A DNA stretch of 64,000 nucleotides, from positions 1,312,001 through 1,376,000 of the forward strand of contig CAXRHT010000002.1 in NCBI GenBank assembly GCA_964230645.1. Reading direction: 5' to 3'. Below, in pieces: positions 1-9,756 of this stretch. This DNA is from Bdellovibrionales bacterium. GTDB lineage: Bacteria > Bdellovibrionota > Bdellovibrionia > Bdellovibrionales > JAGQZY01. Every line of letters starts with the position of its first letter. The first letter of the stretch is position 1. The notes beneath the pieces were generated by a model. That model was not told where the DNA came from. It saw only the letters and a program-made list of their open reading frames with translations, and ran no database searches. Made by a program: the position numbers and the translations under genes.

Positions 1-3000
1 GATGTGCAAGGAAACATTAATTTATCAGGTCGTATTTTTGGTGGAGAAACGGATTCGTACCTCGATATCCACGGTGGCGGAGGGCGAATCATAGGTAACA
101 ATAGAACAGTGATTAGTGGCTCAAAAGGCTCACAGCTTAACATTAGTGTAGGCGATGAACTAGAAGCGGGGTCGGGTCGCATTCGAATGAAACTCGACAC
201 TGGCTTTCGTGATGACACGCCCGACGCCACTGTTGAAATTAGTGCGGATGGTTCGACGACCGGAAGTGCTTTTATGGTGAGTTCCGATGATAATAATGAT
301 GGAGATCTTGTTAATATCTTAAAGAATGGCGATGTCGGCATTGGAACCTCGAGTCCTTCTTCAAAATTTGAGGTGGTTGGAACTGTTACCGCTTCTGCAT
401 TTTCGGGAGACGGTTCTGGTCTAACAAACATTGTTTCAACCAGCTCTTCATCTTCAACCAATACCGGTAACTATGTGATCAATTCCGACTCTGACAACGC
501 TGGTGCCGATGGTGGAGTGAGTTTTCAAACCAACGGCTCCACTGTGGCCTCAATCAGTCCAAGCGGTCAATTCAACGCAAACGCTGGCTCTGTTGGTTCC
601 GTGGGTGTTGGCTTTCAGGGTGATAGCGATACCGGACTTTTTTCTCAATCTAGCAACACCCTTTCTTTGTCCGCTGGTGGAGTGGAGGGTCTGAGGATTA
701 ATAACACCCCAAGTGGTGTAAACTATGTTGAGCTTTCTCCTGGAGCCACCGGCAATGGTCCCACTATCGGTGCGCAAGGCGCTGATACAAATATTGACCT
801 GAACTTAACACCGAAAGGAGCTGGGAACAGTATTTTTACCTCTGGGAATGTTGGAATTGGGACGACAAATCCTAGCTCGGCTCTCCACGTTGATGGGAAA
901 ATTACGACCACTAGCCTGATGCGTGGTCCTGGTATGGAGTCTCCTGGAAGCCCCAGCCAATCACGAGCTTATTTTTCCAACACTCACCAATTTCGAGTCA
1001 ATCTTGCTAATACAACTATGTTTTTCGCTCGCAGCGACTCTAGTCGACAGGTGGAAATCGCACCAGACTCCGCGGTGGATGATGTATATATCGGAGTGCC
1101 ATCGAACCCAGAGTTTCATCTTGATTTAAATAACCGTCGTGTGGGTATTAATAAATTAAACCCTGTTGCTGACCTTGATGTTTCTGGTGATGCTCTTGTT
1201 TCCGGTAGCTTAGGTATTGGAACAACGGCGCCCCAGGTAGCCCTTGATGTCAACACCGGTTCGATTAATGCCGCCGAGATTTGTGACGAAAGTAATTCGG
1301 CTTGTTTTGATTTATCCACAGGTTTGGGTGATTTTAAATCCGACGGCAGTGTCAGCATGACGGGACCAATTCTGGCTTCTCCTGGCACGACCGCGAGTCC
1401 TAGTATCTCTTTTGCTGGAGACACTGATACGGGCTTTAAAAATGAGTGGAGTAACAATTCTATAACGATGGTCTCTGGGGGAACTGGAAAGATTAATGTT
1501 TTTTCCAACTTCATGACTCAATTTGGTGGAAACACAGCAAATTGGGCACTGAAAACCACCCCAGGTTCTCACAATGCTGCGACCCCACCCTACACATTCT
1601 GGGGAGGTGGAAGTAATGAAGGAATGTACAGTCCTGCTGCTGACTCTTTAGGTTTTGTTACTGAAGGAGCGGAGGCCCTCAGAATTGATGGAAGCGGAAA
1701 TATCGGAATAGGAACAACCTCTCCTTCGGCTAAATTAGCTGTAGAAAGTAGTGGCTCTCTCGGTAATTGGGGAGGCTTCAATCTTTCAAATGCTACCTTT
1801 CGAACATACGATGGAGCCAATTCAATCTACATGGATGGCAACTCTTTAATTTCTAACAATCAACTTTTACTTGGCACGACTACTGCCCAAGAAATTCAAT
1901 TTGGAACCAACAATAGTGAGAAAATGAGAATTACATCGGCAGGTAATGTGGGAATCGGAACGGCCACTCCTACGAACCTTCTGCATCTTTCGAACTATGC
2001 TGGAGCCGCAGGAGAGGAGTTCACGCCCGGTATTTTTATTCAGGATCCAACAAATACAGTCAACTACGGGGGCAGTCTCTACTACGAGGACCGCTCCGGA
2101 GCCAATGGATTAAAAATATCCACCACTGATGCCGGTACTGAAACCGGATTTGTTTTTATCGACAGAAACTCAGGGAATGTTGGGATTGGCACTACTAATC
2201 CTCAAACAGAATTGGATGTCGTGGGTGATGGGCCCGTTCGAGGTAACTTTGAAGGCTATGGAACCAATCCGTCCCATTCAGGAATAATTTCATTGAAAAA
2301 GGGAAGAGGCACCTCTTCTGCCCCACTTGCTATACAAAACAATGACGATTTAGGAGGACTCCACTTTAACGGATATGATGGCACAGCCGCAACCACAGCC
2401 TCCGCCAAAATTATAGGTCGTGCTACTGAGGACTTCACCTCTTCAGCAAGGGGCGCCGAACTGGTTTTTGAAACCTCCAGTAACGGAAGTGTTCTCCCCA
2501 CTCAACAGATGGTCATTTCTTCAAATGGCGATGTCGGTATCGGTACAGCCACCCCCAGTTACAAGCTGCATGTTAACGGCTCAGTAGCAGGTGTGGGTGC
2601 ATACAATAACCTTTCCGATCGTCGTCTCAAACGTAATATTGCTAGTCTTGAAAATCCTATTGAAGATCTTCTAAAGGTACAGGGTGTGCGCTACGATTGG
2701 GCAAGATCCGAGTATCCCGAATATGATTTTCCTGAAGGAAAAGATATGGGTGTTATTGCTCAAGATGTAAAAGAGGTTTTTCCTGAAGCCGTGGTGGAAT
2801 CAAAGGATGGCATTTTATCAGTGGCTTACTCTAAACTGATTGCCCCCATTATCGAGTCGATTCGTACTCTTTTTGAGCGCTCTAAGGTTCACGAGCAAAA
2901 ACTTCTGGAAAAAGATCAAGAGATTCAGAGTCTCAAAGAAAAGAATTCCGAGCTCGAAAAGCGCCTTGAGCGAATCGAAAAACTACTTATCAATGAAGAC

Positions 3001-3006
3001 AAATAG
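1..3006 (+). CDS. Phage-tail-fibre-like trimeric adhesin with C-terminal peptidase S74 intramolecular chaperone (Bdellovibrio MAT-type fibre); 5' end lies outside the window
   Basis: Frame is open from base 1. About 8 GNVGIGTxxP-type repeats, a Gly/Ser/Thr/Asn-rich body, the S74 motif YNNLSDRRLKRNI...GVIAQDV...YSKL and a terminal coiled coil. Confidence 0.9.
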   Translation, partial: DVQGNINLSGRIFGGETDSYLDIHGGGGRIIGNNRTVISGSKGSQLNISVGDELEAGSGRIRMKLDTGFRDDTPDATVEISADGSTTGSAFMVSSDDNNDGDLVNILKNGDVGIGTSSPSSKFEVVGTVTASAFSGDGSGLTNIVSTSSSSSTNTGNYVINSDSDNAGADGGVSFQTNGSTVASISPSGQFNANAGSVGSVGVGFQGDSDTGLFSQSSNTLSLSAGGVEGLRINNTPSGVNYVELSPGATGNGPTIGAQGADTNIDLNLTPKGAGNSIFTSGNVGIGTTNPSSALHVDGKITTTSLMRGPGMESPGSPSQSRAYFSNTHQFRVNLANTTMFFARSDSSRQVEIAPDSAVDDVYIGVPSNPEFHLDLNNRRVGINKLNPVADLDVSGDALVSGSLGIGTTAPQVALDVNTGSINAAEICDESNSACFDLSTGLGDFKSDGSVSMTGPILASPGTTASPSISFAGDTDTGFKNEWSNNSITMVSGGTGKINVFSNFMTQFGGNTANWALKTTPGSHNAATPPYTFWGGGSNEGMYSPAADSLGFVTEGAEALRIDGSGNIGIGTTSPSAKLAVESSGSLGNWGGFNLSNATFRTYDGANSIYMDGNSLISNNQLLLGTTTAQEIQFGTNNSEKMRITSAGNVGIGTATPTNLLHLSNYAGAAGEEFTPGIFIQDPTNTVNYGGSLYYEDRSGANGLKISTTDAGTETGFVFIDRNSGNVGIGTTNPQTELDVVGDGPVRGNFEGYGTNPSHSGIISLKKGRGTSSAPLAIQNNDDLGGLHFNGYDGTAATTASAKIIGRATEDFTSSARGAELVFETSSNGSVLPTQQMVISSNGDVGIGTATPSYKLHVNGSVAGVGAYNNLSDRRLKRNIASLENPIEDLLKVQGVRYDWARSEYPEYDFPEGKDMGVIAQDVKEVFPEAVVESKDGILSVAYSKLIAPIIESIRTLFERSKVHEQKLLEKDQEIQSLKEKNSELEKRLERIEKLLINEDK

Positions 3007-3019
3007 TCCCAGGCTTTAC

Positions 3020-4459
3020 TTAAACTTGCGGACGAAACTCGGGCTCAAATTGGTCATCAGCGGTATAAAGACAAACTTTATTTTTTCCCGAGACTAAAAC
3101 TTGGCTACAAGCTTTCTTTGCATCCTCTAATAGTTGATCCGAATCACCAGAAAGACTGGGATACTCGCTTACTCCAAAACAGAGTCTCAGGGGAGCATTT
3201 TGTGATTTCAGACCTCGTGAGACAAGCTGCCTTCTGATTGTCTCAGCTTTTATTGCGGCGTCTTCGTAGTTGCAATGAGGAAGTGCTACAACAAGCTCTT
3301 CTTTATTAAGCTGACTGACGAGATCATAAGGTCTTAGGTGCCCTTTTATAATTTCAAAAGCTTTATCAAACTCTCGCTGGGAGTCCCCGATATATTCGAT
3401 ATGGGCCACCATAACGGCTAAGGGAGATTTTAGGCGACGGGCTCTTGAAACTTCCGTGGAAAGAACTAAAGGTACTTGGCTTTTTTTAAGGCCCACTTCG
3501 GGATCTTTATCCACCTCAATACCCTTATCCTGATTCTCGAGAGAAAAGTTTCTCATGGCCATGCTGAAATACTGGCTCGATTTTTTAAGAAAATCGTGGT
3601 CTTCAAAATTGACCGCCATAATCATAGCAAAAAACTGGCCGCCATGATCGATGGTTTGCAAAGCAAACTCTTCACAGGAAAAAGTCGACTCAATGGACTC
3701 ACGCACGCGGTTGAGTTCTTCACCCGGTTCTGAATCAAAGCGCTCTTCAGAAAAAGGCACAAACTGACCTCTAAAATAATTTTCTCCTGAAAAACTCGTG
3801 CGTGTGACAAGCAATTGGTTACGGGCCGGATAATTTTTAAAATAGATAAACTCAGACCTCGGGAAATGCTCTTTCAATTGCGAGACAAACTCTTCGACCA
3901 TTTCACTTTCGGTTGAATATCTAATTTTTTTAAGAGACAGAGGCTCTGAACTCCCCTCCCCTTTATCTTTCTGCGAATTGTTTTTCGATTGAGCCGAAAA
4001 CTCATCAATTTTGGCTAATATTTTTTGAGTTTCTGTTGATTTCTGCTCAGCAACAAAACGATAAATGTATTTTTCAATAATCTGATTCAAGCGAATTTCA
4101 ATTTCTTTTTCATCGGCAAGAGGCCAGCTCCAGAAGTCGTCAACAAAACCGGTATCCATCAGATTTTGCACACCCGGCCAGAAGTCTTTTGAGGCTAACA
4201 AAACCACTTGCACCTCGTCTGAGGCGGCACGCACCTCTTTTAAAAGCTCGCGAAACTTCATACTTAGGGGCTGATAAAAAAGAATAAAAATATGAGGCAG
4301 GTCTGTTTTAAGAGATTCTATAAAAAGACCTCGGCTAGTAAAAAGCTCAACAGAAAAGTCTTTCTTTTTCAAATGCTCGACCACAGACTCCGAGCGTTTG
4401 ATTTCCTCATCAAGAAAATGCACCTTGAATTCTTTTTTGTATAAATCAACTATGGACAT
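3020..4459 (-). CDS. cdgA: Pseudo-receiver + degenerate GGDEF protein, probable c-di-GMP receptor (CdgA-like)
   Basis: C-terminal GGDEF fold (EVSRARR...RPYDLVSQLNKEELVVALP...FGVSEYP...GKNKV) with an intact RxxD I-site but NKEEL at the active site. N-terminal REC-like domain lacks the phospho-Asp. Symbol is tentative. Confidence 0.65.
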   Translation of the reverse strand: MSIVDLYKKEFKVHFLDEEIKRSESVVEHLKKKDFSVELFTSRGLFIESLKTDLPHIFILFYQPLSMKFRELLKEVRAASDEVQVVLLASKDFWPGVQNLMDTGFVDDFWSWPLADEKEIEIRLNQIIEKYIYRFVAEQKSTETQKILAKIDEFSAQSKNNSQKDKGEGSSEPLSLKKIRYSTESEMVEEFVSQLKEHFPRSEFIYFKNYPARNQLLVTRTSFSGENYFRGQFVPFSEERFDSEPGEELNRVRESIESTFSCEEFALQTIDHGGQFFAMIMAVNFEDHDFLKKSSQYFSMAMRNFSLENQDKGIEVDKDPEVGLKKSQVPLVLSTEVSRARRLKSPLAVMVAHIEYIGDSQREFDKAFEIIKGHLRPYDLVSQLNKEELVVALPHCNYEDAAIKAETIRRQLVSRGLKSQNAPLRLCFGVSEYPSLSGDSDQLLEDAKKACSQVLVSGKNKVCLYTADDQFEPEFRPQV

Positions 4460-6347
4460 CCGTATCCTTTTTTTTCGGGGCGCGAATTTTCAATTTAAAC
4501 TGGCCACTTTTTATTTCGTACAATCCTTTTTCATCTTGAGCGAGAGTTTCAGCATCGTCGGCTTCTTCTTCCTCCACATTGTGAAAGCTTAGTTTCGGCT
4601 CTTTGTTTTCAGAAGATTGTTGTTCTTTTTCATTTTCCTTAAAAGAGAGCTCTTTTAAACGGAACTCTTCGATCACCTTATCAAAAGACACCGCTGGCTC
4701 TTCAGCCTCTTTGTCTCCTGAGAGTTTGACAGGCTCTAGATTGTCGATTTCCAGCTCTCCGATCTCATCAGTATGGCTGTCAGTTCCACTCGTCTTGCTT
4801 GCTGATTTTTGATCGGTAAACTCAGCCTCAATTTCTTTTGGCGTCTCTTTACTTGCAGAGGCGTTGTAGTTTGAACCAAAAAGATTTTGGTCAGTATCAA
4901 TATCGTTAATTTCAATTCTATCAAGGCGCTCACTGAGGGGCTCGACGGGTTCGGCCTGGTTGCGCTTTTCCTCATTCGTTTTTGTGGCTTCCTCTTTCAT
5001 CAAGTCCACCGACAAACAAAAGCCTTTTTTGGCAAGTGTGAGTCTCTCTCCATAAAACCACTGAGCATAGGCTATGATTCCGTCAATACCTTCCATGGAC
5101 GCTTCCGTTTGACCAAATACAGGGATCGCCTCTTGACTGGGAAACTGTGAGGTTCTTGTATCAACATAAATCAATTGAAAAGAATTGTTCTGTTCTACGA
5201 GTTGTATTTGAATTTCTTTTTCCTCTTCTTTTTCAAGAACAAGAACAGAGTTTCCAATGAGTCGTTTTAACAAGTCACTGATATGCTTGGGGGAGCAGTA
5301 AACTTTCGCATCTTCTTCCATCTGAGTTTTAATTTTAATTCCCAACTTTCTTAACCGTAGAGCTTCCTCCTCAATGATCCCTTCAACAAATTCTCCAAAG
5401 TTTTGAATATGGACATTGTCATCCATAATGGGGTCTTCGAAGTCATCATCTTCTTCTCTTTGCTCTCTTCGAAAGCGAGCCAAACTGGGAAAACGCACTG
5501 TTTGTAACGAGTCTTTGAGATTGCCTTTTTTTACCATTTTAGAGGAAAGAGCAAGAATGAAGGCTAATAGGGATATGAGACTTGAAATTATAAAATAAGT
5601 GAAGAAACTACTCCCCACAAAGGAGTAAGCTGGGCCACTGGCTTTTTTCACGATCCAAAGCTGAGCCTCTTCTGCAAAATAGGCCGTTTCAAGATTAAAG
5701 TTCTCCTCAGTCTCGATGGATCTATGAATAAAATCACTCTGAGCCGTTTTAAGACTCTCTAGTATCATCATCTCCGAGAGGTCTTGTTGGGCCAATATCG
5801 TTTCCAGCTCTTCGGTCACTAAAGCTGTTTGATTTCTTGCCTGATTTACAAACTCAAAAAAGTTTTTATTCAAACCAAAAACGAGAAAGCCTGTTTTTAG
5901 TTGATGGGATTCGGCTAATCCAACGGGGGAGACAAAAACGATTTCACCTGATTTCAAGGTCGTCCAGTTTCTCTTTTTGGTAGAAAACTTTTCAAACGAG
6001 AGAGCTTCTACTTCGCCAAGAATTTCTTCTTTGCCCATGCTTCCGAGTTTCTTCCACTTGATGCTCCACTCATTTTTCTGATCTTTGAAGGCGTAAGCAA
6101 AGTAGCGCGCTCCAAAACGTCTGAGAGTTTCAATGGTTGATTTATCAAGGTAAGAAACCGCCGATTCCAATTGCTTTATTTTTTGAAGCACACTTTGAGA
6201 GATCCACTGGGAGGACTCCTCACTTTTTGAAATATTGGTAGCAAGACTTTGTTCTTTGTAGAGTTGAAAACTTTTATAACTGCCAATCCCCCCGCCTATA
6301 AATATACAGACTGCAAACAAGAGGATTAATTTTCGATTGATTGTCAT
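4446..6347 (-). CDS. Membrane protein: two TM helices, periplasmic sensor-like domain, degenerate HATPase-like domain, acidic tail
   Basis: Hydrophobic segments at about aa 7-23 and 248-267. N-box-like LLKRLIGNS, decayed G boxes and no H-box His. Overlaps the downstream gene by 14 nt. Confidence 0.65.
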   Translation of the reverse strand: MTINRKLILLFAVCIFIGGGIGSYKSFQLYKEQSLATNISKSEESSQWISQSVLQKIKQLESAVSYLDKSTIETLRRFGARYFAYAFKDQKNEWSIKWKKLGSMGKEEILGEVEALSFEKFSTKKRNWTTLKSGEIVFVSPVGLAESHQLKTGFLVFGLNKNFFEFVNQARNQTALVTEELETILAQQDLSEMMILESLKTAQSDFIHRSIETEENFNLETAYFAEEAQLWIVKKASGPAYSFVGSSFFTYFIISSLISLLAFILALSSKMVKKGNLKDSLQTVRFPSLARFRREQREEDDDFEDPIMDDNVHIQNFGEFVEGIIEEEALRLRKLGIKIKTQMEEDAKVYCSPKHISDLLKRLIGNSVLVLEKEEEKEIQIQLVEQNNSFQLIYVDTRTSQFPSQEAIPVFGQTEASMEGIDGIIAYAQWFYGERLTLAKKGFCLSVDLMKEEATKTNEEKRNQAEPVEPLSERLDRIEINDIDTDQNLFGSNYNASASKETPKEIEAEFTDQKSASKTSGTDSHTDEIGELEIDNLEPVKLSGDKEAEEPAVSFDKVIEEFRLKELSFKENEKEQQSSENKEPKLSFHNVEEEEADDAETLAQDEKGLYEIKSGQFKLKIRAPKKKDTDVHS

Positions 6348-6554
6348 AAGCTTTCCGTCCCTGGCTATAATTTGACAAAGCCCCCATAAGACAGGCTAGA
6401 CCTTTAGCCCATCACTATTATTCTAGTTATATCTGACACCAAGAATCAAGCCTCCGGTTAATGAATAGGCGCAAAAGACTGCCATTTCGCCGCTTTTCCC
6501 ATCTTACAAGCAAATAAAGCGGGGCCCTTGACTTCTTTTGAAAAGAGGCCTTTT

Positions 6555-8210
6555 ATGCGGAGCATGGTAGATCAACAAGCCAATACGAGCCAGTACAAGA
6601 CCACCGATGTCCTCATTATTGGAACGGGAGTGGCTGGATTAGCGACCGCCCTTAAACTCTCCGATAAATTTAAAGTCACTCTCGTGGCAAAATGTCAGGT
6701 GGAGCACACCAATTCGGCGATGGCTCAAGGAGGCATTGCCTCGGTTGTCGCCAGTGAAGACCAGTTTTCCGACCACATTGAGGACACTCTGAAAGCGGGA
6801 GCGGGACTTTGTAAACCTGAGATTGTGGAAAAAGTGGTGCAATCAGGCCCTGAACGAATCAAAGACCTTGAAGAATGGGGTGTTCGCTTTGATTCAGAAT
6901 CCAATCCTGCCCATAAAGATAAAAATTTGCACCGCGAAGGCGGCCACTCTCATCGCCGTATCTTGCATGTGCAAGATCACACCGGCAAGGCCATCCACCA
7001 AGCCCTCATGGAAAAAGTGAGAGGTGATAAAAACATAGAAGTGATTGAAGAGTACATCGCCATAGACCTTATCACTGAGCACCAGCATCAGGATTTTAAA
7101 ACCGGTGCCAATCGCTGTTTGGGGGCTCACTTTCTTGATATCCCCAATCACAAATTCATTTCCATCTATTCTAAGAACACAGTTCTTGCCACAGGGGGAG
7201 CTGGAAAGGTTTACCTTTATACTTCGAATTGGGAGGGAGCCACAGGTGACGGTATCGCGATGGCTTACCGCGCCGGTTGCCGAATTGCCAATATGGAATT
7301 TATGCAGTTTCATCCCACCTGCCTTTATCATCAGAAAGCACGAAACTTCTTAATTTCAGAAGCCCTGCGCGGCGAAGGCGCTGAGCTCATTAATGAACAG
7401 GGAGACAGCTTTTCCTATCAGTACAATGAGGCCGGCCCACTAGCTCCCAGGGATATCGTTGCAAGAGCTATTGATGCCGAAATGAAGAAGTCAGGCTCGC
7501 CCTGCGTATTTCTTGATATTCGCGATAAGGGGCGAGATTTTATCTCCAAACAATTTCCTTTTATCTTTGAGCGTTGCTTGCAACTGGGATTTGATATCAG
7601 TCAAAGCCCCCTTCCCGTAGTACCAGCGGCCCACTACCTCTGTGGCGGAATTCTAACCAACGACAAGGGGGAAACAGATCTCCCCGGACTCTTTGCCGTT
7701 GGCGAGTGCGCCAACACCGGTCTTCACGGAGCCAATCGCCTAGCTTCAAACTCGCTCCTTGAATGTTTGGCCTTTGCTCATTTTGCAGCCGAGTCTATTC
7801 TGGAAAAGGAAGACAAACTTCCACTTCCCGAACCGGCGGCTTGGAGCATTCCCCTTATTCTTCAGAAAGAAAATGACGATGAATTAATGCTGATCACCCA
7901 TCTTTGGGATGAAATTAGGACTCTCATGTGGAACTATGTCGGAATTGTGCGATCAAACAAAAGGCTACAACGGGCTCTTACCCGCATCAAAAATATTGAA
8001 AATGAAATTGATGAATACTACCTCAATTTTCAAATTCACTCTGACCTGATTGAATTAAAAAACTTGGCTACGGTGGCTCGGTTAACCATTCAATGCGCGA
8101 TCCAACGGGAAGCCTCTGTGGGAACCCATTTCAATGAGGACTTTGACGATCAAAAACCCAGAGAAAGCGAACCACTACTCAATCTTATTCAACCCAACTC
8201 TCTTCATTAG
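6555..8210 (+). CDS. nadB: L-aspartate oxidase
   Basis: FAD motif IIGTGVAG, plus AQGGIA, REGGHSHRRILH, EFMQFHPT, LISEALRGEGA and HGANRLASNSLLE. Start placed at ATG 6555 behind AAGAGG (6564 is also possible). Confidence 0.95.
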   Translation: MRSMVDQQANTSQYKTTDVLIIGTGVAGLATALKLSDKFKVTLVAKCQVEHTNSAMAQGGIASVVASEDQFSDHIEDTLKAGAGLCKPEIVEKVVQSGPERIKDLEEWGVRFDSESNPAHKDKNLHREGGHSHRRILHVQDHTGKAIHQALMEKVRGDKNIEVIEEYIAIDLITEHQHQDFKTGANRCLGAHFLDIPNHKFISIYSKNTVLATGGAGKVYLYTSNWEGATGDGIAMAYRAGCRIANMEFMQFHPTCLYHQKARNFLISEALRGEGAELINEQGDSFSYQYNEAGPLAPRDIVARAIDAEMKKSGSPCVFLDIRDKGRDFISKQFPFIFERCLQLGFDISQSPLPVVPAAHYLCGGILTNDKGETDLPGLFAVGECANTGLHGANRLASNSLLECLAFAHFAAESILEKEDKLPLPEPAAWSIPLILQKENDDELMLITHLWDEIRTLMWNYVGIVRSNKRLQRALTRIKNIENEIDEYYLNFQIHSDLIELKNLATVARLTIQCAIQREASVGTHFNEDFDDQKPRESEPLLNLIQPNSLH

Positions 8211-8243
8211 ACCGGAGGTCTCGCTTTAAAAAGCTCAGACTTA

Positions 8244-8272
8244 TTGCCCCGCTGCTTTAAAAAATATATATT
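8244..8272 (+). promoter_or_regulatory. sigma70-type promoter positioned to give a leaderless mRNA
   Basis: TTGCCC-N17-TATATT, then 7 nt to ATG 8280; no Shine-Dalgarno. Confidence 0.5.
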
Positions 8273-8279
8273 GCTCTTC

Positions 8280-9125
8280 ATGAACCAGTACGAACAACGT
8301 GAATACTATTTTGACGACCCCGAAATCCCCAAACTTTTCATGCAGTCGTGGGCTCGGCCTGACCTAACACCTAAAGGCTGTGTGCTTATTACCCACGGGA
8401 TCGCCGAGCATTCCGAGTGTTATGATCGTTTGGCGAAGGCTCTCGCTGATAAAGCTTGGCTCGTGTTTGGCTGGGACCTACAAGGTCATGGACGCTCTGA
8501 GGGGAAAAGAGGCTATGTGAAAGAGTTTTCCGATCAAGCACGGGACCTGAAAACAATTATAAAAAAAATAAAAGAAGACGAAACCCTTCCCACCAGTAAC
8601 TTTCACTTGATCGGTCATTCCATGGGAGGATTAATCACTCTGCAGGCCCTGCTCTCTGAGAATCCACCACGTGTACAGTCCGCTGTTTTTTCAAGCCCGG
8701 CTTTTGGCCTATCGATGCAAGTGCCAAAATCCAAGGAAATGGCCAGTCGACTCTTGAACCAATTTTGGCCCACTTTCACTCTTAGCACTGAAATGCAATA
8801 CGACAAGCTTAGCCGTGACCCCGAGCAAGTGGCCTCTTATGGAAAAGATCCACTCCGTCACAACAAAATCTCAGCCCCTCTGTTTCAGGGTATGTTGGCA
8901 ACAATGGACTGGGTTTCTCAAAATATTAAAAAACTGCAAGTTCCTGTTTTTTTTCAGGTCGCGGGCCAAGATGGTATTGTCGCCACCCAAGCCACGCTAG
9001 ACCTTTTTAAAAAGATTCCGACGGAGAAAAAACTAAAAATCTACGAGGACAGTTTTCATGAGATCTACAATGATCTCAATAAAGAGGAATGCATTGACGA
9101 CCTTATAGGTTATTTAGGACAATAA
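8280..9125 (+). CDS. Alpha/beta hydrolase, lysophospholipase/monoacylglycerol lipase family
   Basis: HGIAEHS, DLQGHGRSEG, nucleophile elbow GHSMGG, catalytic Asp (GQDGIV) and His (FHEIYND). Confidence 0.9.
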   Translation: MNQYEQREYYFDDPEIPKLFMQSWARPDLTPKGCVLITHGIAEHSECYDRLAKALADKAWLVFGWDLQGHGRSEGKRGYVKEFSDQARDLKTIIKKIKEDETLPTSNFHLIGHSMGGLITLQALLSENPPRVQSAVFSSPAFGLSMQVPKSKEMASRLLNQFWPTFTLSTEMQYDKLSRDPEQVASYGKDPLRHNKISAPLFQGMLATMDWVSQNIKKLQVPVFFQVAGQDGIVATQATLDLFKKIPTEKKLKIYEDSFHEIYNDLNKEECIDDLIGYLGQ

Positions 9126-9129
9126 ATCC

Positions 9130-9744
9130 ATGAAATCCCTTTGGCTTATTATTTTACTTGTTGGACTTTCATCCTGCACAACCCATCCTCATTCCGAGGG
9201 ACGTGAAGCTTACATCGAAAAGATCGAAAAGTTTTCTGCGGGAGACAAACAGTTTGCGGGTCTTTATCATCAGTTCGAATACCGAGCGACCATTCTCAAC
9301 CGTGACGTTTCTAAAACGATCCATGATCGTTTGGATAAATACTATGCTTGGGATGAACAGGAGTCGGCCGAAAAGCTGCGTGAACGTATGAGTGAACTCG
9401 ATAATAAAACTATTTTCTGGATGAGTTTCTTTACGCCCGAAAGAAAAAACGACAATTTAGCCAACAAGGTCTCTATCTGGAAAATTTATTTAAAAGTGGG
9501 CAGTAGTCGTTATGAGGCACAGGTTAAGAAAGCCAATAAAAACTTTAGCGAAGCCAAGGCCCTTTTTCCCTATCACTCCCGCTGGGCGACTCCTTACTAT
9601 GTGGAGTTTCCTGTCCCTACCGATCAAGTCACAGGCCAACAATTAAAGATTATCGTCACCGGACCTCTTGGCAGAAGAGAGGCAAAGTTTCCTGAAAGCT
9701 CGGATGAAGGCTATTCCCCGGGTTATGATTACGAACAGCTATAA
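9130..9744 (+). CDS. Hypothetical lipoprotein
   Basis: Signal peptide with lipobox LSSC; 4 nt downstream of the hydrolase gene. Confidence 0.75.
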   Translation: MKSLWLIILLVGLSSCTTHPHSEGREAYIEKIEKFSAGDKQFAGLYHQFEYRATILNRDVSKTIHDRLDKYYAWDEQESAEKLRERMSELDNKTIFWMSFFTPERKNDNLANKVSIWKIYLKVGSSRYEAQVKKANKNFSEAKALFPYHSRWATPYYVEFPVPTDQVTGQQLKIIVTGPLGRREAKFPESSDEGYSPGYDYEQL

Positions 9745-9756
9745 CTTTTCATATAA

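Noticed and set aside
1..3006. Prophage suggested by the tail-fibre/S74 protein
   Set aside because: No capsid, terminase, integrase or tail genes in the window, and such fibres are cellular adhesins in this group. Upstream context is not visible.
6555..8210. nadB without nadA/nadC as an unusual pathway
   Set aside because: nad genes are often dispersed; absence from one window is uninformative.
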